From Octopus sinensis (taxonomy: Eukaryota): a DNA stretch of 64,000 nt. Shown one piece after another: positions 46,611 through 60,565 of the stretch; position 1 is the stretch's first letter; each line of letters opens with the position of its first letter. The stretch is from NCBI RefSeq assembly GCF_006345805.1, contig NC_043025.1:9672001-9736000 (forward strand), read 5' to 3'. The notes beneath the pieces were generated by a model that did no database searches, was not told the DNA's origin, and saw only the letters and a program-made list of their open reading frames with translations. Position numbers and translations under genes: made by a program.

Positions 46611-47569
46611 CCCTTTCGTTACTGTATTTATTTTGAGATGCTCTGTGTTTCTTTCAATTACTTTAAATATAACGAAGAATTTAGTAAAATGACTTAGTTA
46701 TCATTAAGCTAGTGTTAGGAACATAAATTGTGACTAAGGTTTGGTGGAAGATTTTTAATTCCAAACTTATGAAAACAAGACATTTGTACTACAGAGCCAG
46801 AGGTGGTTTCAGCTGGGTTGGTATCAAAAGGGTTAAAAATGTCATTGTGACTTTAACCCTTTTGTTACCATATTTCTGTTGAGATGCTCTGTGTTTCTTT
46901 CAAATACTTTAAATATAACAAAGAACTTAGTAAAATAACTTGGTTATGATTAAGATAGTGTTAGGAACATAAATTGTGGCTAAGGTTTGGTGGAAGATTT
47001 TAAATTCCAAACTTATGAAAACAAGACATTTGTACTACAGAGCCAGAGGTGGTTTCAGCTGGGTTGGTATCAAAAGGGTTAAAAATGTCATTGTGACTTT
47101 AACCCTTTTGTTACCATATTTCTGTTGAGATGCTCTGTGTTTCTTTCAAATACTTTAAATATAACAAAGAACTTAGTAAAATAACTTGGTTATGATTAAG
47201 ATAGTGTTAGGAACATAAATTGTGACTAAGGTTTGGTGGAAGATTTTAAATTCCAAACTTATGAAAACAAGACATTTGTACTACAGAGCCAGAGGTGGTT
47301 TCAGCTGGGTTGGTATCAAAAGGGTTAAAAATGTCATTGTGACTTTAACCCTTTTGTTACCATATTTCTGTTGAGATGCTCTGTGTTTCTTTCAAATACT
47401 TTAAATATAACAAAGAATTTAGTAAAATAACTTTGTTACCATTAAGCTAGTGTTAGGAACATAAATTGTGGCTAAGGTTTGGTGGAAGATTTTAATTCAA
47501 AACTTATGAAAACAAGACATCTGTACTACAGAGCCAGATGCGGTTTCAGCCAGGTTGGTAACGAAAGGG
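46611..47569 (+). mobile_element. P1 TTAA MITE, four-unit concatemer
   Basis: TTAA TSDs at 46607-46610 and 47570-47573; perfect 12-bp outer TIR; near-identical inner units. Confidence 0.9.
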
Positions 47570-47680
47570 TTAAACTCTTCGGTTGCATATTTGTGTGAAT
47601 AAAATCGTTTTTCTTCGGAACAGAAAAAAAAAGTCTATCTTTATTTCTTCTTTTGCTGGTGTCTCAAATTTAGGTTAAAT

Positions 47681-47740
47681 CAGTGTTTCTCAAAGGGGAG
47701 GCCTATGGGACGGTCGGACAAGTTGTTTTGAGAAAATTTG
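47681..47740. mobile_element. 60-bp hAT-like mini element
   Basis: CAGTGTTTCTCAAA / TTTGAGAAAATTTG ends (11/14); flanked by GGTTAAAT / GTTTAAAT; absent from the paralogous site at ~1630-1645. Confidence 0.5.
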
Positions 47741-47980
47741 GTTTAAATGCTTGACAACTCAGCACCGTCCATTGGATGGTGGGGCGGGGGGGGGGCTTTG
47801 TTATATTTTTGACATTTATTTCACCTGTTGTTGTTATGAAACATCAGGAATGGGACAAGGGAGGTGCAGCAAGGAGACACTGAACTATACTGGGAGGAGA
47901 TAAGAACGGGAGAAGGATAGATTAGTTATGGCTTGCACAGGGATGCAGGAATGTTATCATATGAACTTCATAAGTATGTA

Positions 47981-48151
47981 GGCGCAGGAGTGGCTGTGTG
48001 GTAAGTAACTTGCTAACCAACCACATGGTTCCAGGTTCAGTCCCACTGCGTGGCATCTTGGGCAAGTGTCTTCTGCTATAGCCCCGGGCCAACCAATGCC
48101 TTGTGAGTGGATTTGGTAGATGGAAACTGAAAGAAGCCTGTCATATATATG

Positions 48152-48186
<35 letters not shown>

Positions 48187-48760
48187 GTGTGTGTGTCTGT
48201 GTTTGTTCCCCCAGCATTGCTTGACAACCGATGCTGGTGTGTTTACATCCCCGTCACTTAGCGGTTCGGCAAAAGAGACTGATAGAATAAGTACTGGGCT
48301 TACAAAGAATAAGTCCCGGGGTCGATTTGCTCGACTAAAGGCGGTGCTCCAGCATGGCTGCAGTCAAATGACTGAAACAAGTAAAAGAGTAAAGAGTATA
48401 TAAGTGTGTGTGTGTGTGTATGTACATATTCACATATGTGAATATATATCTGCATGTGTCTATGTGTGTGTATATACATTATATATATCGGCACAGGTGT
48501 GGCTGTGTGGTAAGAGGGTTGTTTCCCAACCACATGGTTCCGGGTTCACTCCCACTGTGTGACACCTTCGGCAAGTGTCTTCTACCATGGCCTCAGGTCG
48601 ACCAAATCCTTGTGAGTGGATTTGGTAGACGGAAACTGAAAGAAGCCCGTCGCGTGTCTTTGCAATTGTGATCGTCACCCACCACCACCACCACTTGACA
48701 ACCGGTGTTGGTGTGTTTACATCCCTGTTATCTTGTGCTTTGGCAAAAGACACCGATAGA
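47981..48760 (+). mobile_element. Two SINE A copies (second one diverged)
   Basis: Heads near 47981 and 48489. Confidence 0.85.
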
Positions 48761-49205
48761 ATACAGAGTAGCTTAACACAAAAAGAAAATTACGAGACAG
48801 ATGCATTTGACTAGAAATTCTTCAAGGCAATGTCCCAGCATGAACACAGGCTGATGACCGAAGCAAGAAAACAATTAAAGACCCCCTTCATCGGCTGCCT
48901 GCTAGATATTACTATGGTTTCTACAATTGAATAGACTAAAAGCAGAGGCCAGACATTTCACAGTATGTCTCTTATGCCAATACTTGTTTATCATTGCAAA
49001 TACAATTGTGTAACATTAAGCATAACTTGTATCATACTTATAGCTACAAGACACAGAAATTAATTAATGATATATAGAAAACAGACATATATAATCATAT
49101 TGTCATCATCATCATCATCGTTTAACGTCCGTTTTCCATGCTAGCACGGGTTGGACAGTGTGACCGGGGTCTGGGAAGCCAGGCCCCCGGTTCCACTGTC
49201 CAACC

Positions 49206-49242
<37 letters not shown>

Positions 49243-49244
<2 letters not shown>

Positions 49245-49413
49245 CGCAGGAGTGGCTGTGTGGAAAGTAGCTTGCCTAACCACCACATGGTTCCGGCTTC
49301 AGTCCCACAGCGTGGCATCTTGGGCAAGTGTCTTCTGCTATAGCCCCGGGCCGACCAATGCCTTGTGAGTGGATTTGGTAGACAGAAACGGAAAGAAGCC
49401 TGTCGTATATATG

Positions 49414-49460
<47 letters not shown>

Positions 49461-50110
49461 CTGTGTTTTTCCCCTTAGCATTGCTTGACAACCGATGCTG
49501 GTGTGTTTACGTCCCTGTCACTTAGCAGTTCGGCAAAAAGAGACCGATAGAATAAGTACTGGGCTTACAAAGTATAAGTCCCGGGGTCGAGTTGCTCGAC
49601 TAAAGGCGGTGCTCCAGCATGGCCGCAGTCAAATGACTGAAACAAGTAAAAGAGTAAAAGAGAAAAGAGTATATAATCAAATATATATATATATATACAT
49701 ATATATATAAATATGTATTTTTTTTCTTTTACTTGTTTCAGTCATTTGACTGTGGCCATGCTGGAGCACGCCTTTTTAGTCGTAGAAATCGATCCCAGGA
49801 CTTATTTTTTGTATGCCTGGAACTCATTCTATCAGTTTCTTTTGCTGAACTGCTAACTTAGTGGGATGTAAACACACCAACATCGGTTGTCAAGCAATGT
49901 GGGGTGGGGAGCAAACAGAGACACATACATAAATACACACATATATACAACGAGCTTCTTTTCAGTTTCCGTCTACCAAATCCACTCAAAAGGGTTTGCT
50001 TGGCCTGAGGCTATGATAGAAGAAACTTACTCAAGGTGCCACGCTGTGAGACTGAACACAGAACCATGTGATTGGGAAGCAAGCTACTTACTACAGAGCC
50101 ATGCTATGCC
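49243..50110. mobile_element. Two SINE A copies tail-to-tail (+ 49243-49660; - 49725-50110)
   Basis: Head and tail matches in opposite orientation. Confidence 0.85.
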
Positions 50111-50199
50111 TATAATATATATGTGTATATATATATTATATATATATATATATATAATCAAATATTTTTATGTATATATACATACATATATATATATAT

Positions 50200-50640
50200 A
50201 TCATCATCATCATCATCATCATTTAACGTCCGCTTTCCATGCTAGCATGGTTGGACGGTTCAACTGGGGTCTGGGGAGCCCGAGGCTTGCACCAGGCCAG
50301 TCAGATCTGGCAGTGTTTCTACAGCTGGATGCCCTTCCTAACGCCAACCACTCCGAGAGTGTAGTGGGTGATTTTATGTGCCACCGACACAGGTGCCAGA
50401 CAAGGCTAGCAGACGACCACGCTCGGATGGTGTTTTTTATGTGCCACCGACACAGGAGCCAGATGAGGCTGGCGATCGCCCACGATCGGATGGTGATTGT
50501 TACGTGCCCACAGCATGGAGGCCAGTCAGTGCGGCACTGGCTACGCCACGTTCGGATGGTTTTTCTCGTGTGCCCCACCGTCACTGGTACCACAAAGATA
50601 CAAATTCCATTGATGTTCATCTATTTTGATTTTGTTTTAT
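50200..50640 (-). mobile_element. RTE 3'-UTR-derived copy
   Basis: Same family and same 5' boundary as 4651 and 13806. Confidence 0.88.
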
Positions 50641-51388
50641 TTTTTTTTTTATTTTTTTTTTTTTTTTTTTTTTTTTTATCTAATATATGAAATTAATTAA
50701 GGGTAGAAATTGATATTTATCATTAGAACCAGTTGGTCTAGCATATTAAAAAAGAATCCCAAGATTAAAATATTTATATATACCAATTAAGGACTGAACA
50801 CGAAAAATTGGTATATATAATATATATATGACGTAGAGTAGATGAAACCATGGCGACTGAAGAAGGGGTTTTTTTTCCTTGTGTTATTTGTCCTGTACTC
50901 TATTTTTTCGTTGTTTAAGAAAATGTCAGTTCCTTGGGTTTATGTCTATGTTTTCGTTTTCTCATCTCATTGTGTTCGACGTGTTTTTTGGTGTCCTGTA
51001 CTCATATATGCGTGTATATATACATGTAGAGGTAGTACGTACATATATGTATGTATATATGCATATGTTTTATTTATTAATATATTATATGACGGAACGC
51101 ACGCATCCCTTTCTAGTAAGATTGTTCTTGATATATATCTATATTATATATATATATATATATAAAAATAAATAAATATAACTATGGATGATTGTCCTTC
51201 TTTGGTTGGCCCGAGGCTATAGTAGAAGACACTTGCCCAAGGTGCCACACTGTAGGACTAAACCCTCAACCTTGTGGTTCGGAAGCAAACTTTTTACCAC
51301 GCAGTCACACCTACACATACATACACACACACACACACATAAAATGAGTATGTGTGTTAGTGTTTACATGTATTTGAATGGGGATGGA

Positions 51389-51770
51389 AGCACTCCGTTG
51401 GTTACGAAGACGAGGGTTCCGGTTGATCCGAATCAACGGAACAGCCTGCTCGTGAAATTAACGTGAGTAAGTGGCTGAGCACTCCACAGACACGTGTACC
51501 CTTAACGTAGTTCTCGGGGGATATTAGCGTAACACAGATAGTGACAAGGCCGGCCCTTTGAAATACAGGTACAACAGAAACAGGAAGTAAGAGTGAGAGA
51601 AGTTGTGGTGAAAGAGTACAGCAGGGATCACCACCATCCCCTGCCGAGAGCCCTCGTGAGCTTTTAGTGTTTTCACACTCAATAACACTCACAACGCCCT
51701 GCCTGGGGATCGAAACCGCGATCCTACGACTGCGAGTCCGCTGCCCTAACCACTGGGCCATTGCGCCTCC
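51389..51770 (-). mobile_element. SINE family B (B1)
   Basis: Full length. Confidence 0.88.
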
Positions 51771-51868
51771 AAACGTACTCGAATGACAAATAAAGACAAT
51801 AGTTTTGTCTGGCACCAATTTGTGTGTGCAGGAGTTGACAAGTGGATCACGGGAGTTGGGGGCGAAGA

Positions 51869-51968
51869 NNNNNNNNNNNNNNNNNNNNNNNNNNNNNNNN
51901 NNNNNNNNNNNNNNNNNNNNNNNNNNNNNNNNNNNNNNNNNNNNNNNNNNNNNNNNNNNNNNNNNNNN
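51869..51968. other. Assembly gap (100 N)
   Basis: Run of exactly 100 N. Confidence 0.99.
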
Positions 51969-52794
51969 AAATGTCCTATCATCCGAATTATATAATCATT
52001 TGTAAATTTTTAATAGACCCCCAACGCATATTCATGTAAAATCATTCGTGATGTTCTGTCTTTATATGTAAAACCGTATGGTGAATAAAAAAATAAGATC
52101 TAACAATTCCAGTCTGTTATATATTTTGAGTATTGTTATCACTAGCGATATCAAGATATAACTTTGTATTTTGTATTTTATGTGTAGATGTATATATATA
52201 GATGTACATGTAATATGTACACATATATATACACATATATACATGCACTAGCACTATGACCCGGCAATGTCAGGTCTTTAATGCTAGTGTAAAATAAATG
52301 GAAATTAATTTCAAGGATGTACTTGTTACCATTTTCTCTATCATTCTCTATATAAACCAAGGAGGTCTATATAACGTCCTTGGTTTGTAAAAATGTATAC
52401 AGTAACGTCCTTTATTATTATTGTATACATAACATAATGCAAACGTGTAGCTTTTTTTGTGCATTTTGTTTGCAGAAAATAAAGAAATAACAGTAATAAC
52501 GTTTAATGAATGTTATTACATTTATTACATATGTCCCTGTTTCGTATACATTCAATCCTTTTTCCAAGAAATCTAATGCTCGTAGCTTAGTTTTTCTTGG
52601 GGCTGGCCGGATTGGAGCGATCTCAAGATTAATCAGCCGAAATTGCTAGGATGATCCGGTTCTTGACTGAAGATTGAAGGCCTCGAATGTCCCGTCCGTG
52701 TTTTTTGTATCATCTTCTAAATGTTTTACGTTCTTGTCCCAGTTTGTATTTTTCTACATATAATAATATATATATATATATACATATATACATA

Positions 52795-53306
52795 CCGTTA
52801 ATCCTCGAGTATAGTCCGCCCTTGAGTATAATACGCAGGGGATTTTTAGGGGGCTGTACCTCTGAAAAACCTAAACCTTGTGTATAATACGCACCCCTTC
52901 TCTAACTTCAGTCAAGAAGGTCTATATAACGTCCTTGGTTTTTTAAAATGTATACAGTAACGACCTTTATTATTATTGTATATATAACATAATGGAAACG
53001 TGTAGCTTTTTTGTGCATTTTGTATGCAGAAAATAAAGAAATAACAGTAATAACGTTTAATAAATGTTGCTTACTGCAAGTTATGGATGATTCTTTTATG
53101 ACTTCATTGCTTTCAGGCTTAGCTTAAGGTATTTTCGAGCCCGACATCACAAAATGCGTCTGAATAAACATTGCCAGACAGCAGATAGAGACGTGGACAT
53201 TGCTTAAAAAATAGTTTTCATTTTTAACCTTGTGTATAATACGCACTAGGTATTTTGACCTTTAAATTTTAGGGAAAAAATGCGGATAATACTCTAGGAT
53301 TTACAG
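52795..53306. mobile_element. Tc1/mariner-superfamily (pogo/Tc2-like) MITE
   Basis: TA-CCGTTAATCCTCGAGTATA ... AATACTCTAGGATTTACAG-TA imperfect TIRs with TA TSD; part duplicated at ~52357-52540. Confidence 0.7.
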
Positions 53307-53525
53307 TACATGGGCAACAATATTTTGTATACAAACTTTGGAAGCATCAAAAATATTTCATATTTTACAGACAAGAAGGTAATATTTCACATGCAGCAAA
53401 GCCGTAAAAGCAGCAGAAAATAAAATATGAAACATTCAGCGCTTCCAAAGTTTGTTTACAAAACGTTGTAGCATTCCAAAAGCTATAATATTTAGTGCTT
53501 AATTTGATGGAGATGGTTGTCAGCA

Positions 53526-53596
53526 GGCAGTTTAGCTTAATGGTAGAGCACTCAACTGGTATCCGAGAGGTGCAGGTTCAAGTCGCGTGGCTGTCT
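53526..53596 (+). pseudogene. tRNA-like sequence (anticodon loop CT-GGT-AT) inside nested inverted repeats
   Basis: TAGCTTAATGGTAGAGC A box and GGTTCAAGTC B box; acceptor stem extended by GTTGTCAGCA/TGCTGACAAC; anticodon and T stems mismatched. Confidence 0.6.
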
Positions 53597-53730
53597 GCTG
53601 ACAACTTTTTCTGTCTTAAAAGAGTAAAATACCCAATCTTTCTGCTGTCTTGATGGCTAAACTGCATTCAAAATATTACTTTCTTGTCTAAAAAAGTTAT
53701 ATATGTGTGTGTGTGTGTGTGTATATATAT

Positions 53731-54030
53731 ATCATCATCATCATCATTTAGCGTCCGCTTTCCATGCTAGCACGGGTTGGAGGGTTCAACTGGGGTCTGG
53801 GAAGCCAGAAGGCTGCATCAGGCTCCAGTCTTGATCTGGCAGAGTTTCTACAGCTGGATGCCCTTCCTAACGCCAACCACTCCGAGAGTGAAGTGGGTGC
53901 TTTTTACGTGCCACCGGCACAGGTGCCAGACGAGGCTGGCAAACGGTCATCGTCGGATGGTGCTTTTCACGTGCCAGGCAAGGCTGGCAACGGCCACGAT
54001 CAGATGGTGCTTTTTACGTGCCACCGGCAC
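53731..54030 (-). mobile_element. RTE-tail element (variant subfamily)
   Basis: (CAT)n plus terminal motif. Confidence 0.8.
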
Positions 54031-54335
54031 GATATATGCATATATATATATGTATATATATGTATATATACTCTTTTACTTGTTTCAGTCATTTGACTGC
54101 AGCCATGCTGGAGCACCACTTTTAGTCGAACAAATCGATCCCTGGACTTATTCTTTGTGAATCTCGACAAGACACCTGCAAGTCCCAAATTCAACCCCAC
54201 AATATAGCATCTTATACAGGTTACTTTTATTACAGCTTTGAGTAAACCCAGGACTTTTGGAGTAAATTTAGGGAAACAGAAACTTTTTGGAAGTTAGGAG
54301 TACAATCTACTAAACAGATTGTATTGCTAACTTAA

Positions 54336-54800
54336 CCCTTTCGTTACCGTATCTTTTTGAGATGCTCTGTGTTTCTCTCAATTATTTTAAATATAACAAA
54401 GAATTTAGTAAAATAACTTAGTCATCATCAGCTAGTGTTAGGAACATAAATTGTGACTAAGGTTTGGTGGAAGATTTTTAATTCAAAACTTATGAAAACA
54501 AGACATTTGTACTCAGAGCCAGGGGTGGTTTCAGCCAGGTTGGTATCAAAAGGGTTAAAAATATCATGGTGACTTTATCCCTTTCGTTAATGTATTTATT
54601 TTGAGATGCTCTGTGTTTCTTTCAATTAATTTTAAATATTACAAAGAATTTAGTAAAATAACTTAGTTATCATTAAGCTAGTGTTAGGAACATAAATTGT
54701 GACTAAAGTTTGGTGGAAGATTTTAATTCAAAACTTATGAAAACAAGACATTTTACCACAAAGCCGGAGCTGGTTTTGGCCGGGGTTAGTAACAAAAGGG
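54336..54800 (+). mobile_element. P1 MITE dimer
   Basis: TTAA flanks and shared spacer. Confidence 0.85.
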
Positions 54801-54959
54801 TTAAAAAGGGACCAGCTGTTTTGCTGCGGGGTGGGAGATTATAAAAGTATAAGTGACTTTGAAATATATGATCACTATGTAACATTAATTGAAACAGTAG
54901 GTCGTTTAGATAATTAATCAAACGACATAGAATGTCAAAATCATCAGAGGTGTGTATTC

Positions 54960-55387
54960 ATATATACATCATATATACATTATTGTATATACTTGAACGT
55001 GTGTGTGTGTATAATTATATACATGTGTGTATGTATAATATATGTGTGTGTGTATGTATATATTTATGTGTGTGTATGTATACATGTGTATATCTATGTA
55101 TATATACATGTGTGTATGTATGTATATATATATGTGTGTGTGTATGTATACATGTGTATATCTATGTATATATACATGTGTGTATGTATGTATATATATA
55201 TATATATTTGTGTGTATGTATATATAGACATATATATGTATGTGTGTGCGGGGGGGGGATATGGAATGTACAAATGAAATATTTGACATTTATTATTATC
55301 TATGTATTGATATTTATGTCAGCTACCCCCATTTCTGTATATGTTAGGGGGGGTGTAGTTCTCTCTCTCTCTCTATATATATATATA

Positions 55388-55438
<51 letters not shown>

Positions 55439-55490
55439 TCACAGAAAGACACATATACATGAGTGTGTGTATGTACACACACACTCACAT
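54960..55490. repeat. TG/TA compound microsatellite
   Basis: Direct inspection. Confidence 0.9.
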
Positions 55491-55827
55491 ACAAGTGCAC
55501 GCAGGCACGTGTGTCTGTCCCTGTGTCTACTTATCTACCAATCCACTTCAAATCCCTGTGACCTTTCTCTCAGAGAAGCTAACAAATTCTGTCAACAACG
55601 CTGACAACTTGATGACGGCATCTTGCTCAAGGTCATCTTGATATTGATACCTTGTTTTGTTTTAAAATAACACACACACACACACAGCTACATAATGTGT
55701 GTGTGTGTGTCAGTGTGAAATACAGGGCATTTGGAATTAATTTGATGACTTTTTTTATGTCCCCTCTTTTTAAATGATGTATTGGTGAATAGGCAATGAT
55801 GTTGGAGATCTTAAAGATTACCCTTTA

Positions 55828-56043
55828 GAGTTCAGATTATTCTACCAAACATAATGCTTATTGATTCACATTGATTTGGATTAATCATGCATTATCTCAT
55901 AGCTTCAAGATCTTGATGGTGCAATTACTTAATGTAGAATAACATTGTAGGGTAGGTGTGAGAGCCTGGATCTGGTCAGTTTGAACATAAAACAGATTAA
56001 ATATTTTGGCCGGATATGACAGGTTTAAATACTAAAGGGTTAA
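55828..56043. mobile_element. P2 TTAA MITE, uninterrupted
   Basis: Ends AAATACTAAAGGGTTAA; contains the empty TTAA that is filled at 35542. Confidence 0.75.
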
Positions 56044-56084
56044 AGCTTTAGTTGAAAAAAAGTTAGTTGACATGCAGAACTTTT

Positions 56085-56880
56085 TTTACTCTTTTACTTG
56101 TTTCAGTCATTTGACTGCAGCCATGCTGGAGCACCGCCTTTAGTCGAGCAACTTGACCCAGGGACTTATTCTTTTTGTAAGCCCAGTACTTATTCTATCG
56201 GTCTCTTTTGCCGAACCGCTAAGTGACGGGGACGTAAACACACCAGCATTGGTTGTGAAGCAATGCTAGGGGGACAAACACAGACACAAAACATATACAC
56301 ACACATATACATACACATATATATATACATATATACGATGGGCTTCTTTCAGGCTCCGTCTACCAAATCTACTCACAAGGCTTTGGTCGGCCCGAGGCTA
56401 TAGTAGACGACACTTGCCCAAGATGCCACGCAGTGGGACTGAACCCGGACCATGTGGTTCGTAAGCAAGCTACTTACCACACAGCCACTCCGGCGCCCAT
56501 ATATATATATATATACATATATACGACGGGCTGCTTTTCAGTTTCCGTCTACCAAATCCACTCACAAGGCTTTGATCAGCCCGAGGCTATAGTAGACGAC
56601 ACTTCCCCAAGGTGCCATGCAGTGGAACTGAACCCGGAACCATGTGGTTCGTAAGCAAGCTACTTACCACACAGCCACTCCGGCGCCCATATATATATAT
56701 ATATATACATATATACGACGGGCTTCTTTTCAGTTTCCGTCTACCAAATCCACTCACAAGGCTTTGATCAGCCCGAGGCTATAGTAGACGACACTTCCCC
56801 AAGGTGCCATGCAGTGGAACTGAACCCGGAACCATGTGGTTCGTAAGCAAGCTACTTACCACACAGCCACTCCTGCACCT
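56085..56880 (-). mobile_element. SINE A with triplicated head/core
   Basis: Heads near 56498, 56688 and 56880. Confidence 0.87.
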
Positions 56881-56940
56881 ATATTGAGAATTTTAATTCA
56901 TTCAAAGTAAGTCACTCACACTCTGTGAATGTATATAGAG

Positions 56941-57235
56941 TGAAGGCATGTGGTTTGGTGGTTTGGGCATTCAGGTCATGATAGTAAGATTGTGAGTTCA
57001 ATTCCTGGTGACGCGTTGTGTCCTTGAGCAAGACACTTTATTTCACGTTGCTCCAGTCCACTCAGCTGGCAAAATCAAGTAGTGCCTGTATTACTGAGGA
57101 CCAGCTTTGTCACACTGAATCGCCTTGAGAACTACATTAAGGGTACACGTGTCCGTGGTGTACTCAACCACTTGCGCGTTAATGAGCAAGCCGTTTCGTT
57201 GATCAGATCAACAGGAATCATCATAACGGACGCAG
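56941..57235 (+). mobile_element. Chimeric SINE: different head, GTGTCCTTGAGCAAGACACTT core, B1-type tail
   Basis: Tail GAGAACTACATTAAGGGTACACGTG shared with SINE B1. Confidence 0.65.
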
Positions 57236-57443
57236 TTTCAGCTTTATATATGTACACACATATACATATATATATATATGTGTGTGTGTGTATGTGCGTG
57301 CGTGTATATATATCCCAACCACACATGTTCCGGGTTCAGTCCCACTGCGTGGCACCTTGTGCAGATGTCTTCTACTATAGCCTCAGGCTGACCAAAGCCT
57401 TGTAAGTGGATTTGGCAGACAGAAACTGAAGGAGCCCATCGTG

Positions 57444-57475
<32 letters not shown>

Positions 57476-57486
57476 ATAATATATAT

Positions 57487-57517
<31 letters not shown>

Positions 57518-57619
57518 GTATATAATAGTAATAATTATAATATTAAGGAGTATAACTCCAAACTTACAGGGAAAAATTCAATATAGATCATTCATTTTTA
57601 TACTTTTGAGATCTTACTC

Positions 57620-57847
57620 TTTACTCTTTTACTTGTTTCAGTCATTTGACTGCAGCCATGCTGGAGCACCACCTTTAGTCGAGCAAATCAACCCCGGGAC
57701 TTATTCTTTGTAAGCCCAGTACTTATTCTATCGGTCCCTTTTTGCCAAACTACTAAGTGACGGGGACATAAACACACCAGCATCGGTTGTCAAGCAATGC
57801 TAGGGGGACAAACACAGACACACAAACACATATACACACACACACAC

Positions 57848-57880
<33 letters not shown>

Positions 57881-58046
57881 ATATACATATATACGACAGG
57901 CTTCTTTCAGTTTCCGTCTGCCAAATCCACTCACAAGGCATTGGTTGGCCTGGCGCTATAACAGAAGACAAGATGCCACGCAGTGGGACCTAACCTGGAA
58001 CCATGTGGTTGGTTAGCAGTCTACTTACCACACAGCCACTCCTACG

Positions 58047-58050
<4 letters not shown>
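57620..58050 (-). mobile_element. SINE family A
   Basis: Head and tail match; further partial copies at ~57320-57440 and ~58100-58280. Confidence 0.85.
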
Positions 58051-58082
<32 letters not shown>

Positions 58083-58656
58083 TATGTATATATATGTATG
58101 TATATGTTTGCGTTTGTCCCCACCTTCACCATCGCTTGACAACCGATGTTGGTGTGTTTATGTCCCCTGTAACGTAGCAGTTCGGCAAAAGTGACCAGTA
58201 GAATAAGTCTAGGGTCAGTTTGTTTAATTTAAAGGTGGTGCTCCAGCATGGCTGCAGTCAAATGACTGAAACAAGTAAAGGAATAAAAGAACACACACAC
58301 ACACAAACACATACACACACACACACACACACACCAACAGAGTGACAGAGAGACAGATACGGATACAGAGTGCAAGGGATATTTGAGGACATCTAATTAT
58401 GAATATATCATTTTGTTTGAACCAGATAAAAGGGTTTTCTCTTTCTATTTCTCTGAGATAAAATGAGAGATAAAATGCTGACACAAAAAATGAAAAGACA
58501 TGTCCTCATTGAAGTCATGTCTGCAAAAGAGTAATTTAGAAATTGCCAATTTTCAAAATACCATAAGATCGGATGGGATTGGAAGCCTCTGGCTGGAATC
58601 TTTCAAGTGTAATGGAAAAAACAGAGATCAGAGGAGTGATGCATACTCTGCGTGCA

Positions 58657-58800
58657 TCTCTCTATATATAAACGGCAGTTTGTCTGTCTGTGTGTCTGTC
58701 AGGTTGTACCCTCACCCTGACCATGGCTTTCAACAGATTCTGATGAAACTTGACACACACATAGCCCAATGTCATAATTCAAAACTAACGCAGCGAAAAT
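58657..58800 (+). mobile_element. Helitron H2 5' fragment
   Basis: A|TCTCTCTATATATAAACGGCAG start, same as 38450. Confidence 0.8.
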
Positions 58801-58830
58801 TATATATATATATATATTATATAATTATAT

Positions 58831-58862
<32 letters not shown>

Positions 58863-58877
58863 CATATATATATATAC

Positions 58878-58911
<34 letters not shown>

Positions 58912-58993
58912 TATATATAATATATATAATATATATATATATATATACATACATATATATACATATATATATCATACATATATATATATATAC

Positions 58994-59024
<31 letters not shown>

Positions 59025-59037
59025 CATCATATATATA

Positions 59038-59068
<31 letters not shown>

Positions 59069-59126
59069 ATTATATATATATATAATACATATATATACAT
59101 ATATATATATACATACATATATATAC

Positions 59127-59174
<48 letters not shown>

Positions 59175-59245
59175 TACATATATATACATATATATATAAC
59201 ATACATATATATACATATATACATATATATACATATATATAATAT
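58800..59245. repeat. (TA)n microsatellite
   Basis: Direct inspection. Confidence 0.97.
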
Positions 59246-59279
59246 ATGGTGAATCTTTCATGAAATAAAGTGGCTTGCT

Positions 59280-59830
59280 TACCAGCCACATAGTTTCGGG
59301 TTCAGTCCCACTGCGTGGCACCTTGGGCAAGTGTCCTCTGCTATAGCCCTGGGCCGACCAATGCCTTGTGAGTGGATATGGTAGACGGAAACTGAAAGAA
59401 GCCTGTCGTATATATATATAGGCGCAGGAGTGGCTGTGTGGTAAGTAGCTTGCTTACAAACCACATGGTTCCGGGTTCAGTCCCACTGCGTGGCACCTTG
59501 GGCAAGTGTCTTCTGCTATAGCCTCGGGCCGACCAATGCCTTGTGAGTGGATTTGGTAGACGGAAACTGAAAGAAGACTGTCGTATATATGTAGATATAT
59601 ATATGTATGTGCGTGTATGTTTGTGTGTCTGTGTTTGTCCCCTTAGCATTGCTTGACAACCGATGCTGGTGTGTTTACGTCCCCGTCACTTAGCGGTTCA
59701 GCAAAAGAGACCAATAGAATAAGTACTGGGCTTACAAAGAATAAGTCCCGGGGTCCATTTGCTCGATTAAAGGCGGTGCTCCAGCATGGCCACAGTCAAA
59801 TGACTGAAACAAGTAAAAAGAGTAAAGAAG
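59280..59830 (+). mobile_element. SINE A with duplicated head/core
   Basis: Second head at ~59420. Confidence 0.87.
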
Positions 59831-60204
59831 AGTATATATATACATATACATATCTATGTCTTTGTCCTGTTATTATTATTGTTTTTTGTATTTATATTTG
59901 TATTACTTTTTGTTTTTTGTATTTTATATTCGTGTGGCATTGTCCGTTTTTCTGTCCTTGTTTCGTATACATTCAATCCTTTTTCCAAGAAATCTAATGC
60001 TCATAGCTTAGTTTTTCCTTGGGGCTGGCCAGATCGGAGCAATCTCAAGATTAATCAGCCGAAATTGCGAGGATGATCTGGTTCTTAACTGAAGATTAGA
60101 GGCTTTGAACGACTCGTCCGTTTTCGTATCGTCTGTTTGAATGTTTTGCGTTCTTGTCCCATTTTATATATTTTTTATACATATATATATATATACACAT
60201 ATAT

Positions 60205-60535
60205 ATAGAATGGTTGTATACTGTCAATTTAACGTGACAGTAGGGGATTACACCACCGCTGTTTAGCCCTAGGAAGCATCGACGCTTCCTGTCAGCCTCG
60301 ACACATTTCCTGTGTCCTTATATATTTACGAAGGGGAGACAAATACCCCCAACAGCTAGGCCTGCATCTAGAGACACGCATGTTTCAGGGTCTTTGCTCA
60401 TCATCGGTCCAGAGTAGCAGAGGCCTGCTATCTGAAGATATCTGTCTAGACTTCGTAAATATATATATATATATTTTCAGTGAAGTTTATTCACTGATCA
60501 GAAATATTAAATTTCTAAATATCTCATAGAGATAT
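60205..60535 (-). mobile_element. Structured repeat with a variant hammerhead (60368-60412), permuted relative to 5228-5935
   Basis: ctgga-CCGATGA-t-...-GAAA-catgcgtg-TC-tctag; shared blocks appear in a different order at 5.2-5.9 kb. Confidence 0.55.
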
Positions 60536-60565
60536 ATCATAGATATATACATATGCATATACATA

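Noticed and set aside
50850-50885. ACTGAAGAAGGGG resembling a hammerhead 5' half
   Set aside because: No downstream stem II partner with GAAA
51780-52060. ORFs spanning the N run
   Set aside because: Artefacts of the 100-N gap; the true distance across it is unknown
55560-55645. Short protein-like frames on both strands with one plausible splice site each
   Set aside because: Neither strand has both a good acceptor and a good donor; no homology recognised
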